64,000 bases of DNA, taken from positions 62,501-126,500 of the forward strand of contig CAZKLB010000003.1 in NCBI GenBank assembly GCA_964553685.1. The letters are read 5' to 3'. Below are positions 24,700 through 34,842 of the stretch, one piece after another. The notes beneath the pieces were generated by a model that saw only the letters and a list, made by a program, of their open reading frames with translations, searched no databases and was not told where the DNA came from. Both the position numbers and the translations under genes were made by a program. Position 1 is the stretch's first letter, and each line of letters starts with the position of its first letter. This DNA comes from an uncultured Marinoscillum sp. GTDB lineage: Bacteria > Bacteroidota > Bacteroidia > Cytophagales > MED-G16.

Positions 24700-25599
24700 T
24701 CAACTCCTTGGATGATATTTTTTCACTACTTCTCTCAAATATTCTTTATTCAAATGAGTGTATATTTCAGTGGTAGTTATAGATTCATGACCTAGCATAT
24801 CCTGTACTGCTCTCAAATCAGCTCCACCTTCTATGAGGTGAGTGGCAAAAGAATGTCTAAAAGTATGAGGGCTAATATTTTTTTCAATATTATTTTTAAT
24901 AGAAAGTTGCTTTACAATAATAAAAATCATATTTCGTGAAAGTTTTTTACCTCTCCTATTTAAAAATAAAAAACCTTCATTTCCACTTATAGCTTTAAAA
25001 GATTTTCTATAATTTTTGAGATATATATTTATATGTTTTATTGCAGATGAACCAATAGGGACAAGCCTTTCTTTAGATCCTTTTCCAATTACTTTTATAA
25101 ATCCTACATCTAAATATAAATTTTGAATAGTGATATTTATTAGTTCAGAAACCCTTAATCCACAGCTATAAAGGGTTTCAATGATTGCTCTATTTCTTGT
25201 TCCTTCATACGTACTTAGATCAATTGAATTTAGAATTTTATCAATTTCATTTATGTTTAATGTATCGGGTAATTTTTTATTAAGCTTAGGAGATTCTATT
25301 AATTCCGTTGGGTTTGCTAAAATTTTTTCTTCGTACACCAAATAGTTAAAAAAAGATTTGATCCCAGATATTATTCTAGCTTGGGTATATGATGAGATAC
25401 CAAGCTTGTATAAATATTCTATAAAATCATTAATTATATCAGTATCTACCTCTGAATATTTCAAAGAATCATTTCCTCTTAACTTAAGAAAATCAGTTAA
25501 TTTTTTAATATCATTTAAATATGCCTCAATAGAATTATCGGAAAGAGAACGCTCTAATTTAAGATGGTTCTGATATTCAATAATTTCATACTCCCACAT
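24700..25599 (-). CDS. xerD: site-specific tyrosine recombinase XerD
   Basis: Typical XerD N-terminus (YLKLERSLSDNSIEAYLNDI) and catalytic HTFRHSFATHL...LGHESITTTEIYTH. Confidence 0.85.
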   Translation of the reverse strand: MWEYEIIEYQNHLKLERSLSDNSIEAYLNDIKKLTDFLKLRGNDSLKYSEVDTDIINDFIEYLYKLGISSYTQARIISGIKSFFNYLVYEEKILANPTELIESPKLNKKLPDTLNINEIDKILNSIDLSTYEGTRNRAIIETLYSCGLRVSELINITIQNLYLDVGFIKVIGKGSKERLVPIGSSAIKHINIYLKNYRKSFKAISGNEGFLFLNRRGKKLSRNMIFIIVKQLSIKNNIEKNISPHTFRHSFATHLIEGGADLRAVQDMLGHESITTTEIYTHLNKEYLREVVKKYHPRS

Positions 25600-25632
25600 A
25601 AAATACTTTTTTTAGACTAAATTTATAAAATC

Positions 25633-26494
<862 letters not shown>

Positions 26495-26497
26495 TTA

Positions 26498-27226
26498 TCA
26501 GACAGAGATAGCAGCACCTATTATACCCGCATTATTTTGATTTTCTGCTGGGATTATTTTACATTTTGTTTTTAATCTCGATTCAAATTCCTCAAAATAT
26601 TTACTAATTCCACCACCAAAAATTATGGTATTAGGTGAAATTAAAAGCTCAACATAATTTAAATATTCATTAAATCTATCACTCCATTGTTCCCAGGATA
26701 AATTGAGTTTTTTTCTTGCAAGATTTGATGCGTATTTCTCTGCGCAGTCTCCATACATTTTAAGATGACCAAATTCAATATTTGGAACTAATTTACCATC
26801 AATAAATATTGATGTTCCTAATCCAGTCCCAACTGTTATTAAGATAATTGTTCCTGATTTATCAATTTTTTTATTAAGAGATATCTCTGCAATACCTGCA
26901 AGATCAGCATCATTAAATGCTCTACATTTTAGATTGAACTTATTTGAAAATTTTTTCTTAATATTAGTTCCAATCCATTTTTTATTCATGTTTGCAGCTG
27001 AGTGAACCTTGTTTTTCTTTATCACACCAGGAAATCCACAACCTACCTTACCTTCCCAATTAAATTTATCAATCAAATTTGTTTTTATTCCACTGAAAAC
27101 TTTTTTTGGTGTCGAGGGGATTGGCGTAGAAAATCTAATTTTTTCAGATACTAGTTTACCTGACTTGGTCTCAACGATTGCACCTTTTACTCCTGATCCT
27201 CCTATGTCGATACCTAATACTTCCAT
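26498..27226 (-). CDS. ppgK: ROK family polyphosphate glucokinase
   Basis: GIDIGGSGVKGAIV N-terminus and a short ROK-type kinase lacking the Zn-Cys motif, as in polyphosphate glucokinases. Confidence 0.7.
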   Translation of the reverse strand: MEVLGIDIGGSGVKGAIVETKSGKLVSEKIRFSTPIPSTPKKVFSGIKTNLIDKFNWEGKVGCGFPGVIKKNKVHSAANMNKKWIGTNIKKKFSNKFNLKCRAFNDADLAGIAEISLNKKIDKSGTIILITVGTGLGTSIFIDGKLVPNIEFGHLKMYGDCAEKYASNLARKKLNLSWEQWSDRFNEYLNYVELLISPNTIIFGGGISKYFEEFESRLKTKCKIIPAENQNNAGIIGAAISV

Positions 27227-29442
27227 TATTTTAAAATTTTTAATTTAGCAAAATTCAATAATAAAGTTTTTTCACCAACAAGATTAAACTTAACCGTAGC
27301 TTTATTTTGGTTTGTATCAATGTTCAAATTGATTATTTTTCCTTTCCCAAAAGTAGGATGTTTAACATATAATCCCTCTTTCAAATCTGATATTTGACTT
27401 GACTCAAATGATATATTTTTCTCTTTATTAATTTTTTTTATTGGAGAAAGATTTCTTTTTTCTTTTAATACATTACTCACGAAAGATTTATTAATGTTTT
27501 TATTTTCAAAATCTAGGTAAACGGGACTTATTTCTTTTATAAAACGACTCTTTTCACAATCTTTTAATAAACCATATCTATATCTAGTTTTAGAATATGT
27601 TAAGTATAATTTTCTCATTGCTCGAGTTATAGCCACATAAAATAACCTTCTTTCTTCTTCAAGATCCTCTCTGGAAGATATCATCATCTGAGAAGGAAAT
27701 AGGTCCTCTTCTACACCTACAATAAAAACAACAGGAAACTCTAAACCTTTTGCCATATGGATTGTCATCAAAGAGATGTACTCCTCATCACTATTATCAT
27801 TTTTATCCTGGTCAGTCATTAGTGATATGTCTTGTAAAAACTCATTTAGATTTTTTTCTTCATTATCTTCATTATCAATAAATTCCTTGATAGAATTCAA
27901 TAATTCTTGAACGTTTTCGTATCTACTTATTCCCTCAATACTTCTGTCATCCCACAATTCTTTGAGTAGTCCAGAGTTTGAAGCAATATGAGAAGCGGAC
28001 GAAAATGCATCATTATTTTTAGAAAAATTATTAAATGATATTATTAAGTCAGTAAATGGTTTAAGAAGATTGACAATTCTTGAATCTAAATATTTATTAG
28101 AATTAGAAATTATTTCCCATAAGCTTTTATCCTCTTTATTAGAGGAAATGATAATTTTATCAATTGATGTTTGACCAATTCCTCTTCTTGGATAATTTAT
28201 AATACGTCTAAAAGACTGCTCATCATTATGATTTATTGAAAACCTTAGATATGCTAGAAGGTCTTTTACTTCTTTTCTCTGATAAAATGATACTCCTCCA
28301 AAAACTTTATATTTAATTCCAATTCTTCTAAGAGCTTCTTCAATGGATCTTGATTGACTATTTGTTCTATATAAAACAGCAAAGTTAGAATTAGTTAATT
28401 GATTTCTATTTTTTTCTTCAAAAATAAGATTTGAAACTATCTTACCCTCCTCATTATCTGAAAATGACTCTTTAATTGAAATTAATTCACCTTCATCATT
28501 TTCAGTCCAAACTTCTTTGCTTAGTTTAGATTTATTTTTATCAATAACAGAATTTGCTGCTTTCACAATTGTTTTTGTTGACCTGTAGTTTTGCTCAAGC
28601 TTCACAGTTTTTAACTCTTCAAAATCATCCTCAAATTTTAGTATGTTTCTGATTTCAGCTCCTCTAAATGCGTAAATTGATTGAGCATCATCACCGACTA
28701 CAAAAATGTTTCTATGAACTGAAGCAAGTCTTTTTGTAATTAAATACTGACAGAAATTTGTATCTTGAAATTCATCTATAAGTACATGTTTAAATAGTTG
28801 TTGATATTTGTTCAATACATCTATGTGTTCAGAAAATAAAACGTTTGTATTAAATAATAGATCATCAAAATCCATTGCCTGAGACTTAAAGCACCTTTGA
28901 GAGTAAATCCTATATATTTCACCAATTTTTGGTCTTAGTGATGAAGCATCTTCCTCTTGAAGGATAGGATTTTTAATATATTCTTTAAAGGAAATTAATC
29001 TATTTTTTGCATTTGAGATTCTATTATAAACAACATTTTCTTTGTAAAGTTTTGGATCAATATTTAATTCCTTAATAATTGCCTTGATTAAATTTTTAGA
29101 GTCTTGAGTATCATATATTGTAAAATTTGAAGGATAGCCAATTTTATATCCATCAGATCTTAATATTCTAGAGAATATTGAATGAAATGTCCCCATCCAT
29201 AAACTTCTTGCCTCAGTACCAACGATATTTTCAATTCTTTCTTTCATTTCCTTAGCAGCTTTATTGGTAAATGTCAGTGCTAATATTGAAAAAGGGTCTA
29301 CTCCATTCTTTATAAGATGAGCAATCCTATATGTTAAAACCCTAGTTTTCCCAGATCCAGCACCTGCTATAACCAAACAGGGACCTTTTTCGTGGATAAC
29401 TGCCTCCTTTTGATTTGAATTTAAATCTTTTAAATATTCCAT
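27226..29442 (-). CDS. ATP-dependent DNA helicase, UvrD/PcrA/Rep family
   Basis: LNSNQKEAV, Walker A AGAGSGKTRVL, DEFQDTN and YRS motifs, with a Tudor-like C-terminal tail. Confidence 0.9.
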   Translation of the reverse strand: MEYLKDLNSNQKEAVIHEKGPCLVIAGAGSGKTRVLTYRIAHLIKNGVDPFSILALTFTNKAAKEMKERIENIVGTEARSLWMGTFHSIFSRILRSDGYKIGYPSNFTIYDTQDSKNLIKAIIKELNIDPKLYKENVVYNRISNAKNRLISFKEYIKNPILQEEDASSLRPKIGEIYRIYSQRCFKSQAMDFDDLLFNTNVLFSEHIDVLNKYQQLFKHVLIDEFQDTNFCQYLITKRLASVHRNIFVVGDDAQSIYAFRGAEIRNILKFEDDFEELKTVKLEQNYRSTKTIVKAANSVIDKNKSKLSKEVWTENDEGELISIKESFSDNEEGKIVSNLIFEEKNRNQLTNSNFAVLYRTNSQSRSIEEALRRIGIKYKVFGGVSFYQRKEVKDLLAYLRFSINHNDEQSFRRIINYPRRGIGQTSIDKIIISSNKEDKSLWEIISNSNKYLDSRIVNLLKPFTDLIISFNNFSKNNDAFSSASHIASNSGLLKELWDDRSIEGISRYENVQELLNSIKEFIDNEDNEEKNLNEFLQDISLMTDQDKNDNSDEEYISLMTIHMAKGLEFPVVFIVGVEEDLFPSQMMISSREDLEEERRLFYVAITRAMRKLYLTYSKTRYRYGLLKDCEKSRFIKEISPVYLDFENKNINKSFVSNVLKEKRNLSPIKKINKEKNISFESSQISDLKEGLYVKHPTFGKGKIINLNIDTNQNKATVKFNLVGEKTLLLNFAKLKILK

Positions 29443-29491
29443 TATTAAAATAAGTAGATGAATCTAATACTTAATTGATGAAAAAATTAGT

Positions 29492-29499
29492 TAGTTTTG
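29492..29499 (+). promoter_or_regulatory. candidate -7 box TAGTTTTG for the DUF4290-murA pair
   Basis: Exact match, 12 nt before ATG 29512. Confidence 0.35.
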
Positions 29500-29511
29500 A
29501 AAAAAATTAAG

Positions 29512-30204
29512 ATGATGGAATATAACACGACTAGAAGCAAATTAATACTCAGAGAATATGGAAGGAACTTTCATAAACTTGTAGACTACGTAAAGAGTGT
29601 TAAACAAAAGGATAAAAGAAGTGAGTTATCCCATACACTAATAGATATGATGAAAGTTACCCACCCAAGTTTCAATGATCAAAGTGAAGTCGAAGCAAAA
29701 CTGTGGGATGATTTACATATTATGTCTGAGCATGATATTGACATAGATTGTCCTTATCCAAAACCAATACCAAAATCTGAGTCAGAAAAACCTAAGAGAT
29801 TAGAGTATCCTAAAAATAAAATTAAATACAGACACTACGGTAAAAAAATAGAGCTACTAATAGATCAAGCTTGTAAATTGAAGAATGAGGAAGATAAAGA
29901 GTCTGCAGTAATCCACATTGGAAAGATTATGAAATCATTTTTCAGTATGTGGAATAAAGAATCTATTGATAATAATGTTATTGTTGATAATATTAAAGAG
30001 TTATCAGACAATAAACTTACTATCGATATTGAAAAAGTTAAAGAACTTAACTTATTCTACAAAGTGACTAAAGAAAGGGGCTCGAGAAGTTATCATTCTA
30101 GAAATAACCATTCTGGAAGAAAACATTCAAGAAATCATTCTGGAAGAAATCATTCTGGAAGAAATTCAAAACCAAACAGACCTTATAGAAAAAGAAGAAT
30201 GTAA
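29512..30204 (+). CDS. DUF4290 domain protein with a basic repeat tail
   Basis: YNTTRSKLILREYGRNFHKLVDY matches the DUF4290 N-terminus that is conserved upstream of murA in Bacteroidota. I moved the start to ATG 29512 because a -7 box overlaps the TTG at 29497. Confidence 0.75.
   Translation: MMEYNTTRSKLILREYGRNFHKLVDYVKSVKQKDKRSELSHTLIDMMKVTHPSFNDQSEVEAKLWDDLHIMSEHDIDIDCPYPKPIPKSESEKPKRLEYPKNKIKYRHYGKKIELLIDQACKLKNEEDKESAVIHIGKIMKSFFSMWNKESIDNNVIVDNIKELSDNKLTIDIEKVKELNLFYKVTKERGSRSYHSRNNHSGRKHSRNHSGRNHSGRNSKPNRPYRKRRM
30094..30165. repeat. imperfect 15-bp tandem repeat (CATTCTGGAAGAAAT) encoding HS(G)RN units in the DUF4290 tail
   Basis: Two perfect adjacent copies at 30136-30165, preceded by three degenerate copies. 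Confidence 0.8.
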
Positions 30205-31508
30205 TGAGTTCATTCAGAATCAATGGAGGAAATTCTTTAAAAGGAGAAATAACTCCTCAAGGTGCAAAAAATGAAACACTTCAGATTCTTTGCGCAGTCT
30301 TACTTACAGGTGAGTTAGTAACTATAAAGAATATACCTAATATCAAGGATGTCAATCTTCTTATTGATCTTTTAAAAGGTATTGGAGTCGAAGTACAGAA
30401 GCTTGATAAAACAACTTATACATTCAAATCATCTGATCTAAATATTTCATATACAAAATCAGAGGATTTCTTTAAAAAATCTTCAAAGATAAGGGGATCA
30501 ATTATGTTAATGGGACCTATGATTGCTCGGTATGGCTCTGCCTATATTGCTAAGCCAGGAGGAGATAAAATTGGTAGGAGAAGAGTTGATACACACTTTG
30601 TTGGCCTTCAACAGTTAGGAGCAACATTTTCTGTTGAAAATAATAACTCTTTATTTAAAATTTCATCTAAAAAATTAAAAGGAGCAGATATTCTCCTTGA
30701 TGAGGCGTCCGTAACAGGAACTGCAAATATTATTATGGCCGCTTCTTTAGCTGAAGGAAAGACTACCATTTATAATGCTGCTTGTGAGCCGTATATTCAA
30801 CAGTTATGTAAAATGTTGAATTCAATGGGAGCAGATATTAGTGGTATTGGGTCAAATTATTTAAAAATTAATGGCGTTTCCAACTTAAAAGGTACATCCC
30901 ATGAGATTTTACCTGATATGATCGAGATCGGAAGTTTTATTGGCCTAGCAGCGATGACTAAATCAGATATTTTAATTAAAGATGTTAGTATCAAAAACCT
31001 TGGAATAATTCCCAATACATTCAAAAGACTTGGCATTAAAATGAATATCAAAAATGATTGCATTCATATACCATCTCAAGATCACTATGAGATAGAATCA
31101 TTTATTGATGGCTCTATAATGACGATTTCAGATGCAATATGGCCTGGCTTCTCTCCTGACTTATTGAGTATTGCGCTAGTAACCTCAATACAAGCAAAAG
31201 GAACTGTATTAATTCATCAAAAAATGTTTGAAAGCAGGTTGTTTTTTGTTGATAAATTAATTGATATGGGAGCACAAATAATATTATGTGATCCTCATAG
31301 AGCAACAGTTATTGGATTAGATAGAAAAATACCGCTAAAAGGAATTCAGATGACATCACCCGACATAAGAGCAGGAGTTTCTTTACTAATTGCAGCTCTT
31401 TCTGCTGAGGGAGAAAGTATAATTGATAATATTGATCAAATAGATAGAGGTTATAGTAACATTGATTCAAGGCTAAAATCTTTAGGTGCAGAAATTGAAA
31501 GGATCTAA
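30204..31508 (+). CDS. murA: UDP-N-acetylglucosamine 1-carboxyvinyltransferase
   Basis: QGAKNETLQIL, the KPGGDKIGRRRVDTH active loop, and the C-terminal DRGY..ID.RLKSLGAEIERI. The start overlaps the DUF4290 stop (TAATG). Confidence 0.95.
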   Translation: MSSFRINGGNSLKGEITPQGAKNETLQILCAVLLTGELVTIKNIPNIKDVNLLIDLLKGIGVEVQKLDKTTYTFKSSDLNISYTKSEDFFKKSSKIRGSIMLMGPMIARYGSAYIAKPGGDKIGRRRVDTHFVGLQQLGATFSVENNNSLFKISSKKLKGADILLDEASVTGTANIIMAASLAEGKTTIYNAACEPYIQQLCKMLNSMGADISGIGSNYLKINGVSNLKGTSHEILPDMIEIGSFIGLAAMTKSDILIKDVSIKNLGIIPNTFKRLGIKMNIKNDCIHIPSQDHYEIESFIDGSIMTISDAIWPGFSPDLLSIALVTSIQAKGTVLIHQKMFESRLFFVDKLIDMGAQIILCDPHRATVIGLDRKIPLKGIQMTSPDIRAGVSLLIAALSAEGESIIDNIDQIDRGYSNIDSRLKSLGAEIERI

Positions 31509-32083
31509 AATTTTTCCCTGAGATTTGAAAGAGAGTACAAAGGACTTTCTAATATAAAAAGATCAGTAATAAAATTTGGAATTCCTTCAATAACTGCATA
31601 GCTCTGTAATGTGACTTTTGTTTTATTTTCTGAAATTTTTGTTAAATTCCAAATCGATCTTGTATCTATAATCCTTATATATTTTTGATTCCTATTAATA
31701 TAATTTGGTTTTGAATTTAAATCAATTGTAATTTTATTATTACTCCTAAAAATTTTAACATCGGAAACAAGGTCCCTATTTTTAAGGGGCCAATTCATTT
31801 CTACAGTAAAATACACATGATACAGGCTTTCTGAATTTTTATCTAATATTTTACTTGATTTTAGTTTATACATCCACTTATAGGACTTATCAAAATCTAA
31901 AATGATACTACTAATTGATTTTAAATCAGAGTCAATTATTGTTTCAGCTAAATATTCTTGTACATCTGATGATTTAGATCTTAAAAAGACCTTAATATTA
32001 TTTTTATCCTTTTTTAATTGCCATTCAGACTGGACTAAGAAAGAACTAATTAATAGATTTACAACAATAATTAAAAAATTCAT
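31505..32083 (-). CDS. exported START/SRPBCC-like lipid-binding domain protein (tentative)
   Basis: Signal peptide MNFLIIVVNLLISSFLVQS followed by W.L..d...i.v pattern and the WPLKNRDLV motif reminiscent of START domains. I take ATG 32083 rather than the ORF-track TTG at 32119. Confidence 0.45.
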   Translation of the reverse strand: MNFLIIVVNLLISSFLVQSEWQLKKDKNNIKVFLRSKSSDVQEYLAETIIDSDLKSISSIILDFDKSYKWMYKLKSSKILDKNSESLYHVYFTVEMNWPLKNRDLVSDVKIFRSNNKITIDLNSKPNYINRNQKYIRIIDTRSIWNLTKISENKTKVTLQSYAVIEGIPNFITDLFILESPLYSLSNLREKF

Positions 32084-32095
32084 TTCATTAAATAA

Positions 32096-32103
32096 TAGAT
32101 TTG
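32096..32103 (+). promoter_or_regulatory. candidate -7 box TAGATTTG for the cadherin-like gene
   Basis: Exact TAnnTTTG match, 39 nt before ATG 32143. Confidence 0.4.
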
Positions 32104-32116
32104 TGATATTGAAACA

Positions 32117-32124
32117 CAAAACTA
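32117..32124 (-). promoter_or_regulatory. candidate -7 box TAGTTTTG for the START-like gene
   Basis: The plus strand reads CAAAACTA, 33 nt upstream of ATG 32083 on the minus strand. Confidence 0.4.
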
Positions 32125-32142
32125 ATAAGTCTTGACTTTAAA

Positions 32143-33855
32143 ATGAGAAAACTATTATTTTCATTTTTTATTTTTATCCAAATTCATTTACCTCTAAATA
32201 TATTCTCTCAAAATTCAGAAAATGACAGTACTCTATTAAAATTTAATAATGACACCACAATTTCGATTAGCATAGGTGATTCAATAGCTGTTTCAAATGA
32301 AATAGATACTAATTATATAGAAGTAAAAAAAATTAAGGAAGGGAATAAAAATAAAATTGAAATTGATGAAAAATTAATTTCTTTTAAAATTATAAATTTA
32401 AAAGTAAACGATGATGAAAACATAAATATTGAAAATTCTACTATTCTTAATAATATTACGATAAACGAAAGAGACACCTTATCTATGATCCTACAATTGG
32501 AATCTTTCAGCAAGGATTTAATATTTAATTACTATTTCAATGACAACCCTAATTATAGAATTATTGATAATGGAAAAATTGTTTACGATAAAAGTAGTAA
32601 AAGAATTTACTTTGAATTTATTCCAGATAACAAGCAGGCATCAAATAAATTTTTAACATGGAATTTATTTGCACATGGTAAGAATCTTATCTCTCAAAAG
32701 TTTGATTTTTTAATAGAAATAAATGATTTGGATTATCCACCACAAATTATCAATAAACAAATTGATAGAATAATAAGGGATAGATATACATTTAATCATA
32801 GACCTATTATTAATGATAATGAAGAGAACATCCTATATGATTTGAAAACAGATGCTCCTGTTGATAATTTTAATCCGATTAATGGTGAAATAATTTGGAA
32901 TATCGATCCAAAAAATATTGACGAGTTAGAGAAAACGTATAATTTCATTTTAAAAGCTTATAAAAAAAATAATGAAGATCTTTTTGATTTAGATTCATTT
33001 AAAATAATTTATTCGGAAAATAATTATCCTCCGATATTTGGAAAAGTATCTAAATGGGTAGTCGAAGAAGGAAAAACGTACAATTATAAAATACCAGTTG
33101 AAGATCCAAATGTAAATGATTCAATATCTCTTGAGAATGTAGGCGCTCAACTTCCTCGAGGAATGAAACTTGATAACGTGACTAAAACATTATTTTTTGA
33201 TGTTGATTATGAACATGTAAAAAATGCAAACAATAGCCAAAATTATAGACTTGAGCTTAGAGCATCAGATCTTTCTGGTCAGTCTACTCAGATATCATTA
33301 GATGTTGAGGTTTTTAATACAATCAATCCAAAAAAAGTTCAAGAAAAAATTACTGAACTAATTAAAGAATTTGAGGATCAACAAGCTGGTCTAGAAGAAA
33401 TCAATGATAACCTTAAATTCATTGAAGCAACATCTAAAAATAATAGAAAGATAAGAACATTTAGTGCTGCAGGAATTACTTTTTTAGGTGCTTTTTTAGG
33501 TGTCTTATCAAATAATGCTGAAGTAACAAGGAAAGCTGGACCAATAATAGGTGCAAGTGGAGCAGTTTTATCTGTAATAAATGAGGTATTATCAAGAGAT
33601 GACAATCAAATAAAAAACCTTTTACAAGAGACAATAAAATTACAGTCTAATGTTATGGTTAAGTATGAAAGATTAAGTTTTTATAAAAATTCACAAAAAA
33701 TAAGCGACTTTCAAAATAAAGAAATTGATTTATTGATAAGAACAATAGAAAATGAAAGAGAAGGATTGAATAAAAACTTGTTTACAATATCAGAAAATTA
33801 TAAAATAATTATTTCAGAAAAGCGAATAAAAAAAATGCTTGAAAAGAAAATATAA
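32143..33855 (+). CDS. exported protein with three cadherin-like domains and a helical C-terminal region containing a Gly/Ala-rich hydrophobic hairpin
   Basis: Signal peptide. Three roughly 100-aa modules end in cadherin-linker-like NDLDYPPQI, SENNYPPIF and VFNTINP. The C-terminal ~175 aa contain heptad-like stretches flanking AAGITFLGAFLGVL...GPIIGASGAVLSVI. Confidence 0.5.
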   Translation: MRKLLFSFFIFIQIHLPLNIFSQNSENDSTLLKFNNDTTISISIGDSIAVSNEIDTNYIEVKKIKEGNKNKIEIDEKLISFKIINLKVNDDENINIENSTILNNITINERDTLSMILQLESFSKDLIFNYYFNDNPNYRIIDNGKIVYDKSSKRIYFEFIPDNKQASNKFLTWNLFAHGKNLISQKFDFLIEINDLDYPPQIINKQIDRIIRDRYTFNHRPIINDNEENILYDLKTDAPVDNFNPINGEIIWNIDPKNIDELEKTYNFILKAYKKNNEDLFDLDSFKIIYSENNYPPIFGKVSKWVVEEGKTYNYKIPVEDPNVNDSISLENVGAQLPRGMKLDNVTKTLFFDVDYEHVKNANNSQNYRLELRASDLSGQSTQISLDVEVFNTINPKKVQEKITELIKEFEDQQAGLEEINDNLKFIEATSKNNRKIRTFSAAGITFLGAFLGVLSNNAEVTRKAGPIIGASGAVLSVINEVLSRDDNQIKNLLQETIKLQSNVMVKYERLSFYKNSQKISDFQNKEIDLLIRTIENEREGLNKNLFTISENYKIIISEKRIKKMLEKKI

Positions 33856-33900
33856 AAATAATCTCTTATATAAATTGAGGTTCGTCTAATCCTTGTTCAA

Positions 33901-34842
33901 ATGCATTATAAAATAACAATTGTTATAGTAAATTATAGGTCATGGAATTATTTATCAAAATGTATTGATAGCCTTCTAAATCAAAAGTTTTATAAACCTG
34001 AAATTATTATTGTTGATAATTTTTCAGATGATGGTAAGATTACTGAATTTAAATCAAAATATCCTAATGTTCAATGGATTGAACTTGACTATAATTCTGG
34101 CTTTTCAAAAGCTTGTAATATTGGGGCCAAAGAATCAAAAACAGAATGGATATTATTTTTAAATCCAGATTCAGTATTACCAAATGACTGCTTAAATAAT
34201 CTAATTCCTTTTTGTGAAAAAAATAATCTGGGAGTTATATCAATAAGATCAAAAAATGCTTATTTAAATAAATCTTTTTCACACGGGTTTTATTTTAATT
34301 TTTGGACAGTAACAAATTTTATAAGGCAGTTTTATCTTTTATTCAATAGAAATAAAAGAAAAATTAAAATTTTAGATGGTTTTAAAGTTATTATGGTTGG
34401 CTGGGTCTCAGGTTCATTCCTCTTAATAAAAAAAAATAATTTCGAGATTATTGGCGGTTGGGATGAGAGGTTTTGGATGTATTCAGAAGACATGGATTTT
34501 GGGAAAAGAGCTTTTGAAAATAAAATTTACCCTTGTGTAATTTATGATTTAGATTATTATCATATGCATGGCGGATCTTCCAGGAAAAATGATAAAATTA
34601 AATTGATAACAAAATCAGAATTAATTGTATCAAAACACATTTTTGTTAATAAGCATTTATATGGATTAGAAAGAAAAATGAGTCATTTTCTTTTAATATT
34701 GGTTACATCACTAAATCTTATTTTTTTATTGCCATTCTCAAGTTTTCATCGTTCATTATTTTTCAGATTATTTAGATATTGGAGAGAAAGTATTAAAAAA
34801 AATGAGTGGAAATCTTTATTTAGAGATAAAAAAAATTTATGA
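33901..34842 (+). CDS. family 2 glycosyltransferase
   Basis: ITIVIVNYRS, VDNFSDDG and the FLNPDS (DXD-like) motif, with a hydrophobic C-terminal segment. Confidence 0.85.
   Translation: MHYKITIVIVNYRSWNYLSKCIDSLLNQKFYKPEIIIVDNFSDDGKITEFKSKYPNVQWIELDYNSGFSKACNIGAKESKTEWILFLNPDSVLPNDCLNNLIPFCEKNNLGVISIRSKNAYLNKSFSHGFYFNFWTVTNFIRQFYLLFNRNKRKIKILDGFKVIMVGWVSGSFLLIKKNNFEIIGGWDERFWMYSEDMDFGKRAFENKIYPCVIYDLDYYHMHGGSSRKNDKIKLITKSELIVSKHIFVNKHLYGLERKMSHFLLILVTSLNLIFLLPFSSFHRSLFFRLFRYWRESIKKNEWKSLFRDKKNL

Noticed and set aside
24700-25599. Tyrosine recombinase as a marker of an integrated mobile element
   Set aside because: The sequence has the XerD-type N-terminus and catalytic motifs. It sits in the common xerD/aroQ divergent arrangement among core genes, with no flanking repeats, tRNA or cargo genes.
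34428-34436. A9 tract in the GT2 glycosyltransferase as a phase-variation switch
   Set aside because: The tract encodes Lys-Lys-Asn in a Lys-rich protein of an AT-rich genome, and similar A9/T9 runs occur in ispD and trhO. No evidence distinguishes it from background.
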